NCBI GenBank assembly: GCA_964388745.1
Contig: CAYMBP010000001.1
Location: 28,244-92,243 of the forward strand
Length of the DNA stretch: 64,000 bases
Direction: 5' to 3'
DNA from: an uncultured Pseudomonadota bacterium
Lineage (GTDB): Bacteria > Babelota > Babeliae > Babelales > RVW-14
This document shows, piece by piece, positions 42,692 through 52,975 of the stretch (positions are counted from its first letter, which is position 1; every line of letters begins with the position of its first letter). The notes below the pieces were generated by a model. It made no database searches. It was not told the DNA's origin and was given only the letters and a program-made list of their open reading frames with translations. Both the position numbers and the translations under genes were made by a program.

Positions 42692-44884
42692 ATGAGCGGG
42701 GAAATAACAGAAATTTGTGGTTCAGTTGAGCGAGTTGTCTTCAAAAGTGAAGAAAATAATTTTTCTGTTGTTTCCCTGCGTGTTTCGCGTACAGAGTCCG
42801 TTACGCTTAAGGGTTATATTCCAGATGTTCATCAAGGAGTTCAGGTTTCTTGCAAAGGACGTTGGGTTTTCCATAAAAAATTCGGGCAGCAATTTGAAGC
42901 TGATGAGTGTTCAATAGAGCTTCCATCTTCTGCTTCAGGTATTCAAAAATATTTAGCATCAGGTCTTGTTAAGGGTATTGGACCTAAGTTTGCAGAACGC
43001 CTTGTTCAAAAATTTGGGGAAAAGACGCTTGATGTTATTGACAAAGAGCCGCGACGGTTGCTTGAGGTTAGTGGTGTTGGGCCTGCTCGCGTGACAGCGA
43101 TCATTTCTGCATGGGAAGAGCAAAAAGAGGTTGCGGCAGTTATGATTTTCTTGCGAGGCAAGGGCGTCTCTGCTGCATTTGCTGTTAAAATTTTTAAAAC
43201 ATATGGTCAGCAGTCTATTGAAAAAATGCAAAGCAATCCCTATCAGCTAGTTGATGATATTTGGGGAATTGGTTTTAAAACCGCTGACCAGATTGCTCTT
43301 AAGTTGGGCTTGGCTTCTGATTCGTTAGATCGTATTAAAGCTGCCATTCTCTTTATCCTTTCAGATGTTACCAATAGTGGTCATTTGTATTGCGAGGTTG
43401 AAGAAGCCAAAAAAAGGGTTATAGAGTTATTGGGGTTAGATACAGATGAAATACTTTCTCAAATTAAAAAGGGGATGAATCAGCTGTATCAGAAAAATAA
43501 AATGATTCTTGTTTATCATGATAATATTTATTTTATAGCATTGCCTCAGTTTTATTATTCTGAAAAAGCAATCGCTGTAAAAATTGATGAATTACTTCAA
43601 GCACAAGCAAAGCTTGTTGATGTTGATGTTAATGAGGTATATCAAAAATTGCGCTCTCCAGATCTGGCTGGTGTAATGATGAATGAAGACCAGCAGCGTG
43701 GTATTATTTCATGTTTTCAACATAAAGTTGTGATTATTACAGGTGGTCCTGGAACAGGTAAAACAACAATGATTAAACGCCTACTTGACTTGTATGAGCT
43801 GTACAAAATTAAGTTTAAATTAGCAGCTCCTACAGGTAGAGCTGCCAAGCGAATGTTTGAAAGTACTGGCCGATCAACTGAAACACTTCATCGTCTTTTA
43901 GAGTTTTCTCCAGCCATTATGAATTTTTCACGAAATGAGACTAATGCAATTGATTGTCAGGTGTTAGTTGTTGATGAAGCTTCAATGATAGATGTCTTTT
44001 TAATGAATTCAGTTTTGAAAGCATTGCCTCGAAATGCAACGCTTATTTTAATTGGGGACGTTGATCAGTTGCCTTCTGTTGGGCCAGGGAATGTGTTAAA
44101 TGATTTTATCAATACTGGTAAAATTCCAACAACTCGTCTTAAGCAAATATTTAGACAGGCCCAAGATAGCTTAATTGTGGTTAATGCGCACCGAATTAAT
44201 GAAGGAAGCTTTCCTATTTCATCGCTTCCAGGAGCACAAAAAGACTTTATGTATATCAAAGAGCTTGAGCCTGAAAATATATTTGCATTGCTTTCTCAGT
44301 TGTATAAAAAAAAATTGATTCAAAGGGGTATTGCTCCAGAAGAAGCGATGGTGTTAACGCCCATGAATCGTGGGGTTGCAGGTGCAACGCGCATTAATCA
44401 AGAGTTGCAAATAATTTTAAATGGTGGAAATGATGATCGACCAACGGTTTCACAGTTTGGTCGTCTTTTTAAAATTGCTGATCGTGTTATGCAAGTACGA
44501 AATAATTATGATAAGTTTATTTTTAATGGTGATATTGGTACTATTACCAGAATTGATAAATCGGCTCAAAAGTTAAATGTTCAATTTAATGAGCGTGATA
44601 TTGAATATGATTTTGCAGAGTTAAATGAACTTGTTCTTGCGTATGCGATTTCAATTCATAAGAGTCAGGGTTCAGAATTTAAGGCTGTGATTATTCCACT
44701 TTTTATGCAACATTTTATTTTACTGCAGCGAAATCTTATTTACACTGCAATTACACGTGCAAAAAAATTATGCATTATAATCGGTCAACCGAAAGCTGTT
44801 GCCATGGGTATAAAAAATGATAAAGGTGTTGATCGAAAAACATTTCTTAAAGAGCTCATGACTGAAGGGCTTGAAGTTCGCTAA
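42692..44884 (+). CDS. recD2: RecD2-like SF1B DNA helicase
   Basis: 730 aa. Helix-hairpin-helix region 'GIGPKFAERLV...GVGPARV'. Walker A 'ITGGPGTGKTT'. 'LVVDEASMID', 'LIGDVDQLPSVGPG', 'AISIHKSQGSEF' and 'YTAITRAKK'. Confidence 0.88.
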   Translation: MSGEITEICGSVERVVFKSEENNFSVVSLRVSRTESVTLKGYIPDVHQGVQVSCKGRWVFHKKFGQQFEADECSIELPSSASGIQKYLASGLVKGIGPKFAERLVQKFGEKTLDVIDKEPRRLLEVSGVGPARVTAIISAWEEQKEVAAVMIFLRGKGVSAAFAVKIFKTYGQQSIEKMQSNPYQLVDDIWGIGFKTADQIALKLGLASDSLDRIKAAILFILSDVTNSGHLYCEVEEAKKRVIELLGLDTDEILSQIKKGMNQLYQKNKMILVYHDNIYFIALPQFYYSEKAIAVKIDELLQAQAKLVDVDVNEVYQKLRSPDLAGVMMNEDQQRGIISCFQHKVVIITGGPGTGKTTMIKRLLDLYELYKIKFKLAAPTGRAAKRMFESTGRSTETLHRLLEFSPAIMNFSRNETNAIDCQVLVVDEASMIDVFLMNSVLKALPRNATLILIGDVDQLPSVGPGNVLNDFINTGKIPTTRLKQIFRQAQDSLIVVNAHRINEGSFPISSLPGAQKDFMYIKELEPENIFALLSQLYKKKLIQRGIAPEEAMVLTPMNRGVAGATRINQELQIILNGGNDDRPTVSQFGRLFKIADRVMQVRNNYDKFIFNGDIGTITRIDKSAQKLNVQFNERDIEYDFAELNELVLAYAISIHKSQGSEFKAVIIPLFMQHFILLQRNLIYTAITRAKKLCIIIGQPKAVAMGIKNDKGVDRKTFLKELMTEGLEVR

Positions 44885-44903
44885 TAAAAGGATTTATGTT
44901 GCT

Positions 44904-46346
44904 ATGAGTGAAAAAGCTATAGTCAGTCGACCTGGTCGATATTTAGATGAATGTTTATTTGTTATTTTTGGAGGGGCTGGAGATTTAGCAAAGAGAAAGC
45001 TTATTCCTGCTTTGTATAAGTTAATTAATGATGGTCGATTAGAAAAATTTGGGTTACTTGCGGTTTCTATTGATGAAACTACGATTGAAGATATTGTTCA
45101 ACAGGTTAAAGGCTTTATTCATAATCCTAAGCAACATATTTTGGATGAGATTGTAGCACATGCGTATTACATGAAAATGAATTTTCATGAGAATCAGCGT
45201 TATAAAGATCTCAAAAAAAAAATAGAAGATATTGAAAATAAGCATGATCTAAAAGGTAACCGAATTTTTTATTTTGCTACGATGCCTGAGCATTTTGATG
45301 TTCTTACCAAAAATTTAGCAAAAGAAGCTATTGTAACGCCAGTTGAAGATGCTGAGCAGGCAAAAAAGTCTCCTTGGTCTCGTCTTGTTTATGAAAAGCC
45401 CTTTGGTAATGACTTTAAATCTGCTCAATTAATTAATACTTCTATTGAGCAAGCGTTTCATGAAAGTCAAATTTTTAGAATAGATCATTACTTAGGAAAA
45501 GAGCTTGTTGGTAATATTGCTCTTGTGCGATTTACTAATCAAATATTTGAACCTCTATGGAATAATAATCATATTGAATCTGTTCAAATTATTATGAAGG
45601 AGGCAATCGGCATAGAGGGGCGAGGTGCTTTTTATGATGCAAATGGTGCACTGAAAGATATGGTGCAAAGTCATATGCTGCAAATTTTTGCGCTTATTGG
45701 CATGGAACCACCATCATTGTTAACACCTCGACACATTAGAGATCAAAAGGCAGCATTATTGAGCAAAACATATGTTGATTCAGTTATTAAGGGACAGTAT
45801 GAGGGATATCAAGATGAATTGCGTGTGCGAAAAGAATCATCAACGGAGACATTTGTAGCTCTCAAGTGTTTGGTTGATAATCAACGGTGGAAGGGTGTAC
45901 CTTTTTATTTAAAAACGGGTAAATTTTTAGATAAAAAAGAGACAAGTATTCATATACGGTTTAAGCAGGTTCCTTGTTTACTAGATATTTGTCCTTCAGA
46001 TTCAAATTATTTAACAATACGGATTAATCCTAATGAAGGGATGTATCTTGAATTAAATGTTAAAGTGCCTGGTGTACCCAATCGGGTAATGCCAGTAACT
46101 ATGGATTTTGCTCACAATGTAATGTTTGGACCAAATACGCCAGAGGCCTATGAAGTTCTATTAGCAGATGTTATGCAACATGATCATTCTGCATTTGTTC
46201 GAGCAGATGAAATTCAGCATTCGTGGCGAATTGTTGAAGAGGCATATGGCTTTACAGGACAGCTTTACTCGTATAAAAAAGGATCAAAGGGGCCAACAGC
46301 ATTATATTTATTAGATCAAGACAGGGAGATACGATGGCGGGCATAA
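44904..46346 (+). CDS. zwf: glucose-6-phosphate 1-dehydrogenase
   Basis: 'FVIFGGAGDLAKRKL', 'YEKPFGND' and active-site 'RIDHYLGKE'. ATG 44904 is preferred over TTG 44871, which overlaps recD2. Confidence 0.9.
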   Translation: MSEKAIVSRPGRYLDECLFVIFGGAGDLAKRKLIPALYKLINDGRLEKFGLLAVSIDETTIEDIVQQVKGFIHNPKQHILDEIVAHAYYMKMNFHENQRYKDLKKKIEDIENKHDLKGNRIFYFATMPEHFDVLTKNLAKEAIVTPVEDAEQAKKSPWSRLVYEKPFGNDFKSAQLINTSIEQAFHESQIFRIDHYLGKELVGNIALVRFTNQIFEPLWNNNHIESVQIIMKEAIGIEGRGAFYDANGALKDMVQSHMLQIFALIGMEPPSLLTPRHIRDQKAALLSKTYVDSVIKGQYEGYQDELRVRKESSTETFVALKCLVDNQRWKGVPFYLKTGKFLDKKETSIHIRFKQVPCLLDICPSDSNYLTIRINPNEGMYLELNVKVPGVPNRVMPVTMDFAHNVMFGPNTPEAYEVLLADVMQHDHSAFVRADEIQHSWRIVEEAYGFTGQLYSYKKGSKGPTALYLLDQDREIRWRA

Positions 46347-47242
46347 CTATAGGTGTTATTGGTTTAGGGCGAATGGGAGAAGCAGTTGTTCATCGATTAG
46401 CTCGGGGTAAATTTTCAGTTATTGGTTTTGATCCAAGTGAAGATGCGCGTAGCGAAGTAAAGAAGCTGGGAGTTAATGTTGCTGATTCCCTTGAATTAGT
46501 TGCAAAAAAAGCTAAGTACTTGTGGCTTATGGTTCCAGCTGGAGAGGTTGTTGATCAGGTAATCGATAACCTTCTTCCTTTCTGTGGGCATGGTACCGTG
46601 ATAATTGATGGCGGTAACAGTAATTTTCGTGATTCAGTGAGGCGTGAAAAAAAATTAGCAAAAGCTGATATCGCATTTCTTGATTGTGGAACCTCAGGAG
46701 GTCTTAAAGGACGAGAAATAGGATTTTCTTTAATGGTTGGAGGGAAGAAGTCAATTTATGATCAGTGCTTGCCTTTTTTTAAAGCGATTGCAGCTTCCAA
46801 TGGTGTTGCCTACATGGGGGGTGCTGGATCTGGGCACTATGTGAAAATGATTCATAATGGTATTGAATATGCGTTATTGCAAGCATATGCTGAAGGGTTT
46901 CATTTACTTAAAAATGGCTCTTATGAAAATCTTGACTTGAAAAATATTGCTCAGGTATGGATGAATGGCTCTGTAGTTAGGTCTTGGATTCTTGATTTAG
47001 TACATGAAGTTTTTGAAGCAGATCAAGAACTTGAAGAGATATCTGGTGCTATTGGGGAAAATAAAACTGGTCGCTGGACACTTGAGGAGGCACAAGAGCA
47101 GGGTGTTCCTGTTGATTTGATTGAGCGCTCACTTGATATTCGTGCTGAATCGCGCAAAACTGGTGGTAATTTTGCTACCAAAGTTGTTGCTATGCTTCGC
47201 AATAAATTTGGTGGGCATCCTGTTGATAAGACAAAGGAATAG
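46334..47242 (+). CDS. gnd: 6-phosphogluconate dehydrogenase, short (YqeC/Gnd-like) form
   Basis: 'IGVIGLGRMGEAVVHRL'. 'IIDGGNSNFRDSVRREKKL...FLDCGTSGG'. 'GSGHYVKMIHNGIEYALLQAYAEG'. Overlaps the zwf stop by 13 nt. Confidence 0.85.
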   Translation: MAGITIGVIGLGRMGEAVVHRLARGKFSVIGFDPSEDARSEVKKLGVNVADSLELVAKKAKYLWLMVPAGEVVDQVIDNLLPFCGHGTVIIDGGNSNFRDSVRREKKLAKADIAFLDCGTSGGLKGREIGFSLMVGGKKSIYDQCLPFFKAIAASNGVAYMGGAGSGHYVKMIHNGIEYALLQAYAEGFHLLKNGSYENLDLKNIAQVWMNGSVVRSWILDLVHEVFEADQELEEISGAIGENKTGRWTLEEAQEQGVPVDLIERSLDIRAESRKTGGNFATKVVAMLRNKFGGHPVDKTKE

Positions 47243-47243
47243 T

Positions 47244-47870
47244 GTGCGTAAAAAGTATATCGATATTAGTTGGCCAATTACTGAAAACATGACTGCATAT
47301 AAAGATAATTATGTAGTGCAAATTGAGGCTGTTAAAAATTTTGATGAGCATGGAGTTAGAGACTCTCTTGTTACGATGGGTACTCATACAGGGACTCATA
47401 TTGATGCACCAGCACATTTTATGAAAGAGGGTGATACAATTAATAATCTTGACTTATCTGCAGTGATTGGCAAGGCACGGGTTCTTGATTGTATGTCATG
47501 TGAAGGTGTGATTACAGCTGATGATTTTAAAAAACATGATATTAAAGAGGGTGAGCGAATTTTACTTAAGACAAGAAATAGCTTGCGTCCTGCAACGCAA
47601 GCTTTTGATTATAATTTTGTCTATGTTGCTCAAGAGGCTGCTGAGTATTTGGCATCATGTAATATTCGGTCTGTTGCTATTGATTATCTTGGTATTGAGC
47701 GTAAGCAGCCTGATCATGAAACGCACATGATTCTTTTTCAAAAAAATATTGTTATTATAGAGGGTGTGCGGCTGGCTGATGTTGCGTCAGGGGACTATGA
47801 ACTAGTCTGTTTGCCACTTTTGCATGAGGGGCTTGAGGCTGCACCGGCTCGAGCTATTTTGATACAATAA
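47244..47870 (+). CDS. cyclase-family protein (kynurenine formamidase-like)
   Basis: 'MGTHTGTHIDAPAHF' (HxGTHxDxPxH). GTG 47244 follows AAAGGAA and lies just after the gnd stop. The longer ORF from 47121 overlaps gnd and is discounted. Confidence 0.7.
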   Translation: MRKKYIDISWPITENMTAYKDNYVVQIEAVKNFDEHGVRDSLVTMGTHTGTHIDAPAHFMKEGDTINNLDLSAVIGKARVLDCMSCEGVITADDFKKHDIKEGERILLKTRNSLRPATQAFDYNFVYVAQEAAEYLASCNIRSVAIDYLGIERKQPDHETHMILFQKNIVIIEGVRLADVASGDYELVCLPLLHEGLEAAPARAILIQ

Positions 47871-47935
47871 GTATTAAGGAGTATGATTAAGCTTGCTGAT
47901 AATTAAAAATTACATTGTATAAGAAAGAAGAAAAC

Positions 47936-48541
47936 ATGAAAGTAGTATTTGTTCCTGGTAATGGAGGCTCTACAACCCGTGATAATTGGTTTCCAGCATT
48001 ACAGCAAGATCTTGAAAATAAAGGAATAAGAGTAGTTGCTGCAGATTTTCCAGATGCGCAGCTTGCACGTGAGTCACACTGGATTCCCTTTTTGCTCAAA
48101 GAATTACAGGTTGATGAAAATACAATTCTTGTTGGGCATTCTTCTGGTGCACTTGCAGCAATGCGACTTGCTGAAAAACATAAAATTTGGGGGTCTGTTT
48201 TGGTTGGAGCTTATCACTCTGATCTTGATATGGAAACAGAGCGATTATCTGGTTACTTTAGCCGTTCGTGGGATTGGGAAAAAATAGTGGAAAACCAGAA
48301 GTGGATATCGCTTTTTGCTTCAGAAGATGATCCATGGATTCCTATTGATGAGCCTCGCTTTATTCATACACAGCTTAATTGTGAATATCACGAATATAAA
48401 AATCAGGGACATTTTGGTGGTGATTATTTTAAGGCCGAGTTTCCTGAGCTAGCATTTGTTATATTGAATGCTATACAGATGGATAAATCTTCTCGCTTGA
48501 CATCTGCGAATACTGTTGCCCAGCCCCAACATCCAGTTTAA
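47936..48541 (+). CDS. alpha/beta serine hydrolase (YdeN/RBBP9-like)
   Basis: 'MKVVFVPGNGGSTTRDNWF'. Nucleophile elbow 'LVGHSSGA'. 'DDPWIP' and 'GHFG'. Confidence 0.7.
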   Translation: MKVVFVPGNGGSTTRDNWFPALQQDLENKGIRVVAADFPDAQLARESHWIPFLLKELQVDENTILVGHSSGALAAMRLAEKHKIWGSVLVGAYHSDLDMETERLSGYFSRSWDWEKIVENQKWISLFASEDDPWIPIDEPRFIHTQLNCEYHEYKNQGHFGGDYFKAEFPELAFVILNAIQMDKSSRLTSANTVAQPQHPV

Positions 48542-48644
48542 ACAAAAACTTATAGCCGTGTAGATTATAGGGTTATCTTAGGCCCTATGCTTCTCTTTAT
48601 AAAGCAATGTGATAGGGTCTATCGCTAAACTCTATTATTAACTG

Positions 48645-49970
48645 CTATAATTTTTTGTCTTGCACTGCATACCCTAATGCTTTAATTTGATCACGGAGGG
48701 AGTCTGCCTGAGCCCAGTCTTTAGCTTTGCGAGCTGCATCTCGTTTATCAAATAAATTTTGCACTTCATCAGGTATAGTTTTTTCTTCCTGATGAAGTAA
48801 ATCAAGTCCCATGATATTTCTAAATAAAAATGCAACTATTTTACCGGTTATTTCATCTGTTGAAATTTGTTTAATATTCTCAAAAAATATGCCTAAAAAT
48901 TTGGGTGTGTTTAGATCGTCACAGAGGGCTTGTATTAGTTGCTTACTAATTAAATTATTTTCAATTTCTTCAAGATTAAACACTTTTTTATCTTTATAGT
49001 GACTGAGCGTTTGACAAATTCGTTTATATGTTGTTGTTGCTGCCTGAATATCATCTTCGTTAAAATCAACAGGTTTTCTGTATTGATGTTGTAATAAATA
49101 AAAACGCATGATCATTGGATCAATCATTTTAAATGCATCATCAAGTGTAATAAAGTTGCCTAGTGACTTTGACATTTTTTCTTTATTGATGTTGATAAAT
49201 GCGTTATGAAGCCAAAAATGTGAAAATTCTTTTTCAAAGAGAGCTTCTGACTGGGCAATTTCGTTTTCATGATGAGGAAATATTAAATCCATGCCGCCAC
49301 AGTGAATATCAATTGATTCACCCATGAGTTCATAGGCCATTACTGAACACTCAATGTGCCAGCCTGGGCGTCCATGTCCCCATGGAGATTTCCAGTATTT
49401 TTTTTCACTGTTACCTTTCCACAATGCAAAGTCGCCACTGTTTCGTTTTTTACTACAGACGGTAACGCGTGCCCCAGCCTCTTGTTCATCAAGTGATCGT
49501 TTTGATAGTTTACCATAGCTTTGAAAACTTGAGATATCAAAGTAGACATCATGATCAACTTGATATGCTTTTCCTTTAGCAATAAGTTGTTCAATGAAGT
49601 TAATTATTTGTGGGATGTACTCGGTAACACGAGGCTCATGAGTTGGTGATTGGCATCCAAGTGCAGACATGCTTTCATGAAAGCTTGAAATGAATTTTGT
49701 AGAAATATCAAAGGGAGTAGATTTTTCCTTTATGGCTCGGTCAATAATCTTATCATCAATATCTGTAAAGTTACGGGTGTAGGTAACTTTGTATCCAAGA
49801 AATTTGAGTACTCGATACAAAAGATCAAATGTCACATAGACTCTGCCATGTCCTAAGTGAGGCTTATCATAAGGGGTAATACCACAGACATACATGCGTA
49901 CATTTTGAGAGGATTGAGAGAAGAATGCCTCTTTGGAGCGAGTCATTGTATTGGTGAGCCAAAGTTTCAT
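48645..49970 (-). CDS. cysS: cysteinyl-tRNA synthetase
   Basis: 'MYVCGITPYDKPHLGHGR' (HIGH) and 'KMSKSLGN' (KMSKS). ATG 49970 follows GAGG and aligns with the E. coli N-terminus. Confidence 0.92.
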   Translation of the reverse strand: MKLWLTNTMTRSKEAFFSQSSQNVRMYVCGITPYDKPHLGHGRVYVTFDLLYRVLKFLGYKVTYTRNFTDIDDKIIDRAIKEKSTPFDISTKFISSFHESMSALGCQSPTHEPRVTEYIPQIINFIEQLIAKGKAYQVDHDVYFDISSFQSYGKLSKRSLDEQEAGARVTVCSKKRNSGDFALWKGNSEKKYWKSPWGHGRPGWHIECSVMAYELMGESIDIHCGGMDLIFPHHENEIAQSEALFEKEFSHFWLHNAFININKEKMSKSLGNFITLDDAFKMIDPMIMRFYLLQHQYRKPVDFNEDDIQAATTTYKRICQTLSHYKDKKVFNLEEIENNLISKQLIQALCDDLNTPKFLGIFFENIKQISTDEITGKIVAFLFRNIMGLDLLHQEEKTIPDEVQNLFDKRDAARKAKDWAQADSLRDQIKALGYAVQDKKL

Positions 49971-50104
49971 GGAGGGCCTCATTGATAAATAATGACAATA
50001 ATTATTAATAAACTGATCTCAATAATATCTGTCTTGAATGAAGTGAGCAGGTTAATCAGATTACAAAAACAATGATGTACCCCTAAAGTATAGTCAAAAA
50101 TAGA

Positions 50105-50572
50105 CTATTCGGCAAAAGCTTTGGAGAGATGATTGATTAACTTGTCTTTTTCTATAACACCAATAATGTTTGTATTTTTATTAATTTGTTTGCCATTTTT
50201 AAAGAAAAGAAATGCAGGTATGCCTTTGACTAAATATTTTGTTGCTAATGTTTGAAGTCCGTCAACATCCACTTCAGCAATAATGTAGTCAGGATAAAGT
50301 TCTTCGGCTATTTCTTTAACTCGAGGATTCATTACCTTGCAAGCACTACACCACTTTGCAGAAAATTTTACCATAACTGGTTTTTTTGACTCAAGCACTT
50401 TTTTTGTAAAGTCTTCTTCTGTTGAAATTGTAATTATCTTTGAAAGAGTTTTTGAGTGATTCTCTTTTTTTTTCATCATTGGAAGCCATCGGCATGATGG
50501 AATGGTTGAAATACAGGCCGGTAGAATAAGAAGAGCTCCACAAGATAGTGCTAAAAGATGAGAGTGTTTCAT
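50105..50572 (-). CDS. periplasmic/lipoprotein thioredoxin-fold protein
   Basis: Lipobox-like 'LLILPACIS'. Thioredoxin fold with 'FSAKWCSACKVMNP' (C-S-A-C) and 'GIPAFLFF'. Confidence 0.75.
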   Translation of the reverse strand: MKHSHLLALSCGALLILPACISTIPSCRWLPMMKKKENHSKTLSKIITISTEEDFTKKVLESKKPVMVKFSAKWCSACKVMNPRVKEIAEELYPDYIIAEVDVDGLQTLATKYLVKGIPAFLFFKNGKQINKNTNIIGVIEKDKLINHLSKAFAE

Positions 50573-50724
50573 CTGGTAATCCTTTCTATTCTATAAGGTA
50601 GTAATTTTTGTCAATGTTCTTTACTCTAACATATTCATCTTTCTAAAATAAAGGATACGAATGAAAGTTGTCTAAATTTTTTTAAGGAAGGGAATCATTG
50701 TGTACTTACCAAAAAGATTGTCTA

Positions 50725-50988
50725 ATGAGTCCTGTTAACCGCTGTTTGTCTTTATGGGTGAGTCTTATTATGTTAGTTACAATTTATCAGCATAATAAAT
50801 GCATGGTTCTTTCTCATGAGCTTAAGAGAGTTGCCTCTCTGCTTCAAAAAGAGCGATCACGAGAGCAGAGATTACTATCATCAATAAGTAAATGGAATGA
50901 TTATACAGTAACAAGTAGCTTTGCTCAGTCAAGAGGCTTTATCTTTCTTAAGTGGAATCAATATTGTTTTCCAAAAGAGGAAGAATAG
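50725..50988 (+). CDS. ftsL: FtsL-like cell-division protein
   Basis: Small bitopic protein with TM 'LSLWVSLIMLVTIY' followed by a coiled coil. Lies immediately upstream of, and overlapping, the PBP gene. Confidence 0.45.
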   Translation: MSPVNRCLSLWVSLIMLVTIYQHNKCMVLSHELKRVASLLQKERSREQRLLSSISKWNDYTVTSSFAQSRGFIFLKWNQYCFPKEEE

Positions 50989-52640
50989 TGAAGTTAGAGC
51001 AAGATAAAAAATATGTTTTTAAGTATGGGAGTATTCCATTTATATTTATTGCTTTTTTATTAATTGTTCGGTTAATTTGGTTGCAAGTTTATAAAGCTGA
51101 TTTTCTTTCTTTTTATGGCGATCAACAGCGGTTGATAAAGGTGAAGATTCCTTCTTATCGTGGTATCATCTATGATAGATACGGTAGGGTCATTGCGAGT
51201 AATGATCGTCGCCCATCACTGTTTATTACCCCCTTTGATCTATCATTCTCATCAACAGAAGCAACTTTATTATACGATCAATTTCCTCATCTTTACTCTG
51301 CTCTTAACCGTGATAAAGTGAGTCCATTTGTTTGGCTTGAGCGCTCATTAAATATGAAGCGGTATCAAGAGCTGCAGGAATTACCTAAACAGTTAGTACA
51401 TACGTTGTATGAGCCAACTCGCTGTTATGCTGAGCGATCTTTTAACTCGGTTATTGGTAATACCAATATTGATATGTGTGGCATTTCAGGAATTGAGCTT
51501 GCGCAGGAATCTTTATTAAAGGGAGGAGCTACACCTATATTGATTGAGCGAGATGCTCATGGTGGAAATTTTGCAATAGAATATGATAATTGTCTAACAA
51601 TTAGAGATGGCAGTACACTCACATTGAGCTTAGATGCAGCTTTGCAGTGGATGGTCTCGCAAGAATTAGAAAAAACAGTTACTCAATATAAGGCTGAGCT
51701 TGGGTCTGCTCTCATTATGGATCCTGTCTCAGGAGAAATTATTGCTATGTCTGACTATCCGTATGCATTTGATCAGACATCAACACAGCTTTTAGTAAGA
51801 AGTAATAATTGTATTACGCAATGTTACGAGTTAGGTTCAGTATTTAAAGTTTTTGCAGCCCTTGCAGCTCTAGCTGACAATGTTGTTGAGCCTGATGAAG
51901 TGATTAAATGTGATGGGAAGGCTTCTTGTGTTCGAGGATTTCGTGTAGTAAATTGGAAACCTATGTATGATCAAACATTTAAAGAAGTCGTTCAGCATTC
52001 AAGTAATGTGGGAATTGCTAAGGTTATTGATCGTCTTGGTTCGCGATTATTTGATCATTATGATCGATTAGGATTTGGTAAAAAAATGGAAATAAATTTT
52101 CCAGGGCAAAGGCATGGGTTTGTTAATCCACCTGCACGTTGGAGTAAATCTTCACCTTATGTACTTTCATTTGGGTATGAAGTAATGGCAAGTTTGTTGC
52201 AGCTTGCTCGGGCATTTAGTGTTGTTGCAAATGGTGGTTATGAGGTAAGTCCAACTTTTTTTAAACAAAAGAATACTAATCATAAAGTAGAGAGAAAGCT
52301 GCTATATGGTCAGCGAGAAATAAATGTACTACAAGAGATTTTAGAACGAATTGGCTCCCGTTATTCGGTGCCGGGTGCCCATGTTATTGGAAAAACAGGG
52401 ACAGCTCGTTGTGTAGAACAAGGCCATTACTCTAGTAAGCGACATATTTATACCTTTGTTGGAGCAGTAAAAAATAATAACTATCAACGAGTAATTGTGA
52501 CTTTTATCAAGCATCCATTACAAGATGACTTATGGGCTTCTCAGGTGACAGGACCTCTTTTTCAACGAATAGCTCAACGCATGTTTCTCCATGACAGAGT
52601 GAACGCTTACCAAGAGTTAGATACAAAAGCATTTTCTTGA
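50988..52640 (+). CDS. ftsI: class B penicillin-binding protein (FtsI/PBP3-like transpeptidase)
   Basis: N-terminal TM anchor. SxxK 'GSVFKVF', SxN 'HSSNVG' and KTG 'GKTGTA'. GTG 50988 follows GAGGA and overlaps the upstream TAG. Confidence 0.85.
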   Translation: MKLEQDKKYVFKYGSIPFIFIAFLLIVRLIWLQVYKADFLSFYGDQQRLIKVKIPSYRGIIYDRYGRVIASNDRRPSLFITPFDLSFSSTEATLLYDQFPHLYSALNRDKVSPFVWLERSLNMKRYQELQELPKQLVHTLYEPTRCYAERSFNSVIGNTNIDMCGISGIELAQESLLKGGATPILIERDAHGGNFAIEYDNCLTIRDGSTLTLSLDAALQWMVSQELEKTVTQYKAELGSALIMDPVSGEIIAMSDYPYAFDQTSTQLLVRSNNCITQCYELGSVFKVFAALAALADNVVEPDEVIKCDGKASCVRGFRVVNWKPMYDQTFKEVVQHSSNVGIAKVIDRLGSRLFDHYDRLGFGKKMEINFPGQRHGFVNPPARWSKSSPYVLSFGYEVMASLLQLARAFSVVANGGYEVSPTFFKQKNTNHKVERKLLYGQREINVLQEILERIGSRYSVPGAHVIGKTGTARCVEQGHYSSKRHIYTFVGAVKNNNYQRVIVTFIKHPLQDDLWASQVTGPLFQRIAQRMFLHDRVNAYQELDTKAFS

Positions 52641-52975
52641 TATTCGACAAAAAAATTTGCTCCGTTATTCATGACGATAGCAACATCAAATCGAATGATA
52701 TGATTAAAGAGCTTATGAATTAGCATATATTTTTTTGCGGTTTTAATTATTTTTTGTTGTTTACTCTTGGTAATGAGTTGTGATAAAGAAAAATGTCGCT
52801 TTGTGCGTGTTTTAACTTCAACAATAACAACAAGATTATTTTTTTGGGCAATAATATCAGCTTCACCAAAACGAGTTGTGTAGTTGACTTCACGGATAAA
52901 AAAAGAGCGATCAAGCAGCCATTGTACGACTGCTTGTTCACCTTTAAGTCCAAGTTTTTTTATACATGAAGTCAT
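52607..52975 (-). CDS. yraN: YraN-family (UPF0102) endonuclease-like protein
   Basis: 'GEQAVVQWLLDRSFFIREVNYTTRFGEADIIAQKNNLVVIVEVKTR'. Confidence 0.8.
   Translation of the reverse strand: MTSCIKKLGLKGEQAVVQWLLDRSFFIREVNYTTRFGEADIIAQKNNLVVIVEVKTRTKRHFSLSQLITKSKQQKIIKTAKKYMLIHKLFNHIIRFDVAIVMNNGANFFVEYQENAFVSNSW

Noticed and set aside
47121-47243. 5' extension of the cyclase ORF (ATG 47121) overlapping gnd by 122 nt.
   Set aside because: The extension encodes hydrophobic junk in an alternative frame of gnd. GTG 47244 follows an AAAGGAA RBS right after the gnd stop.
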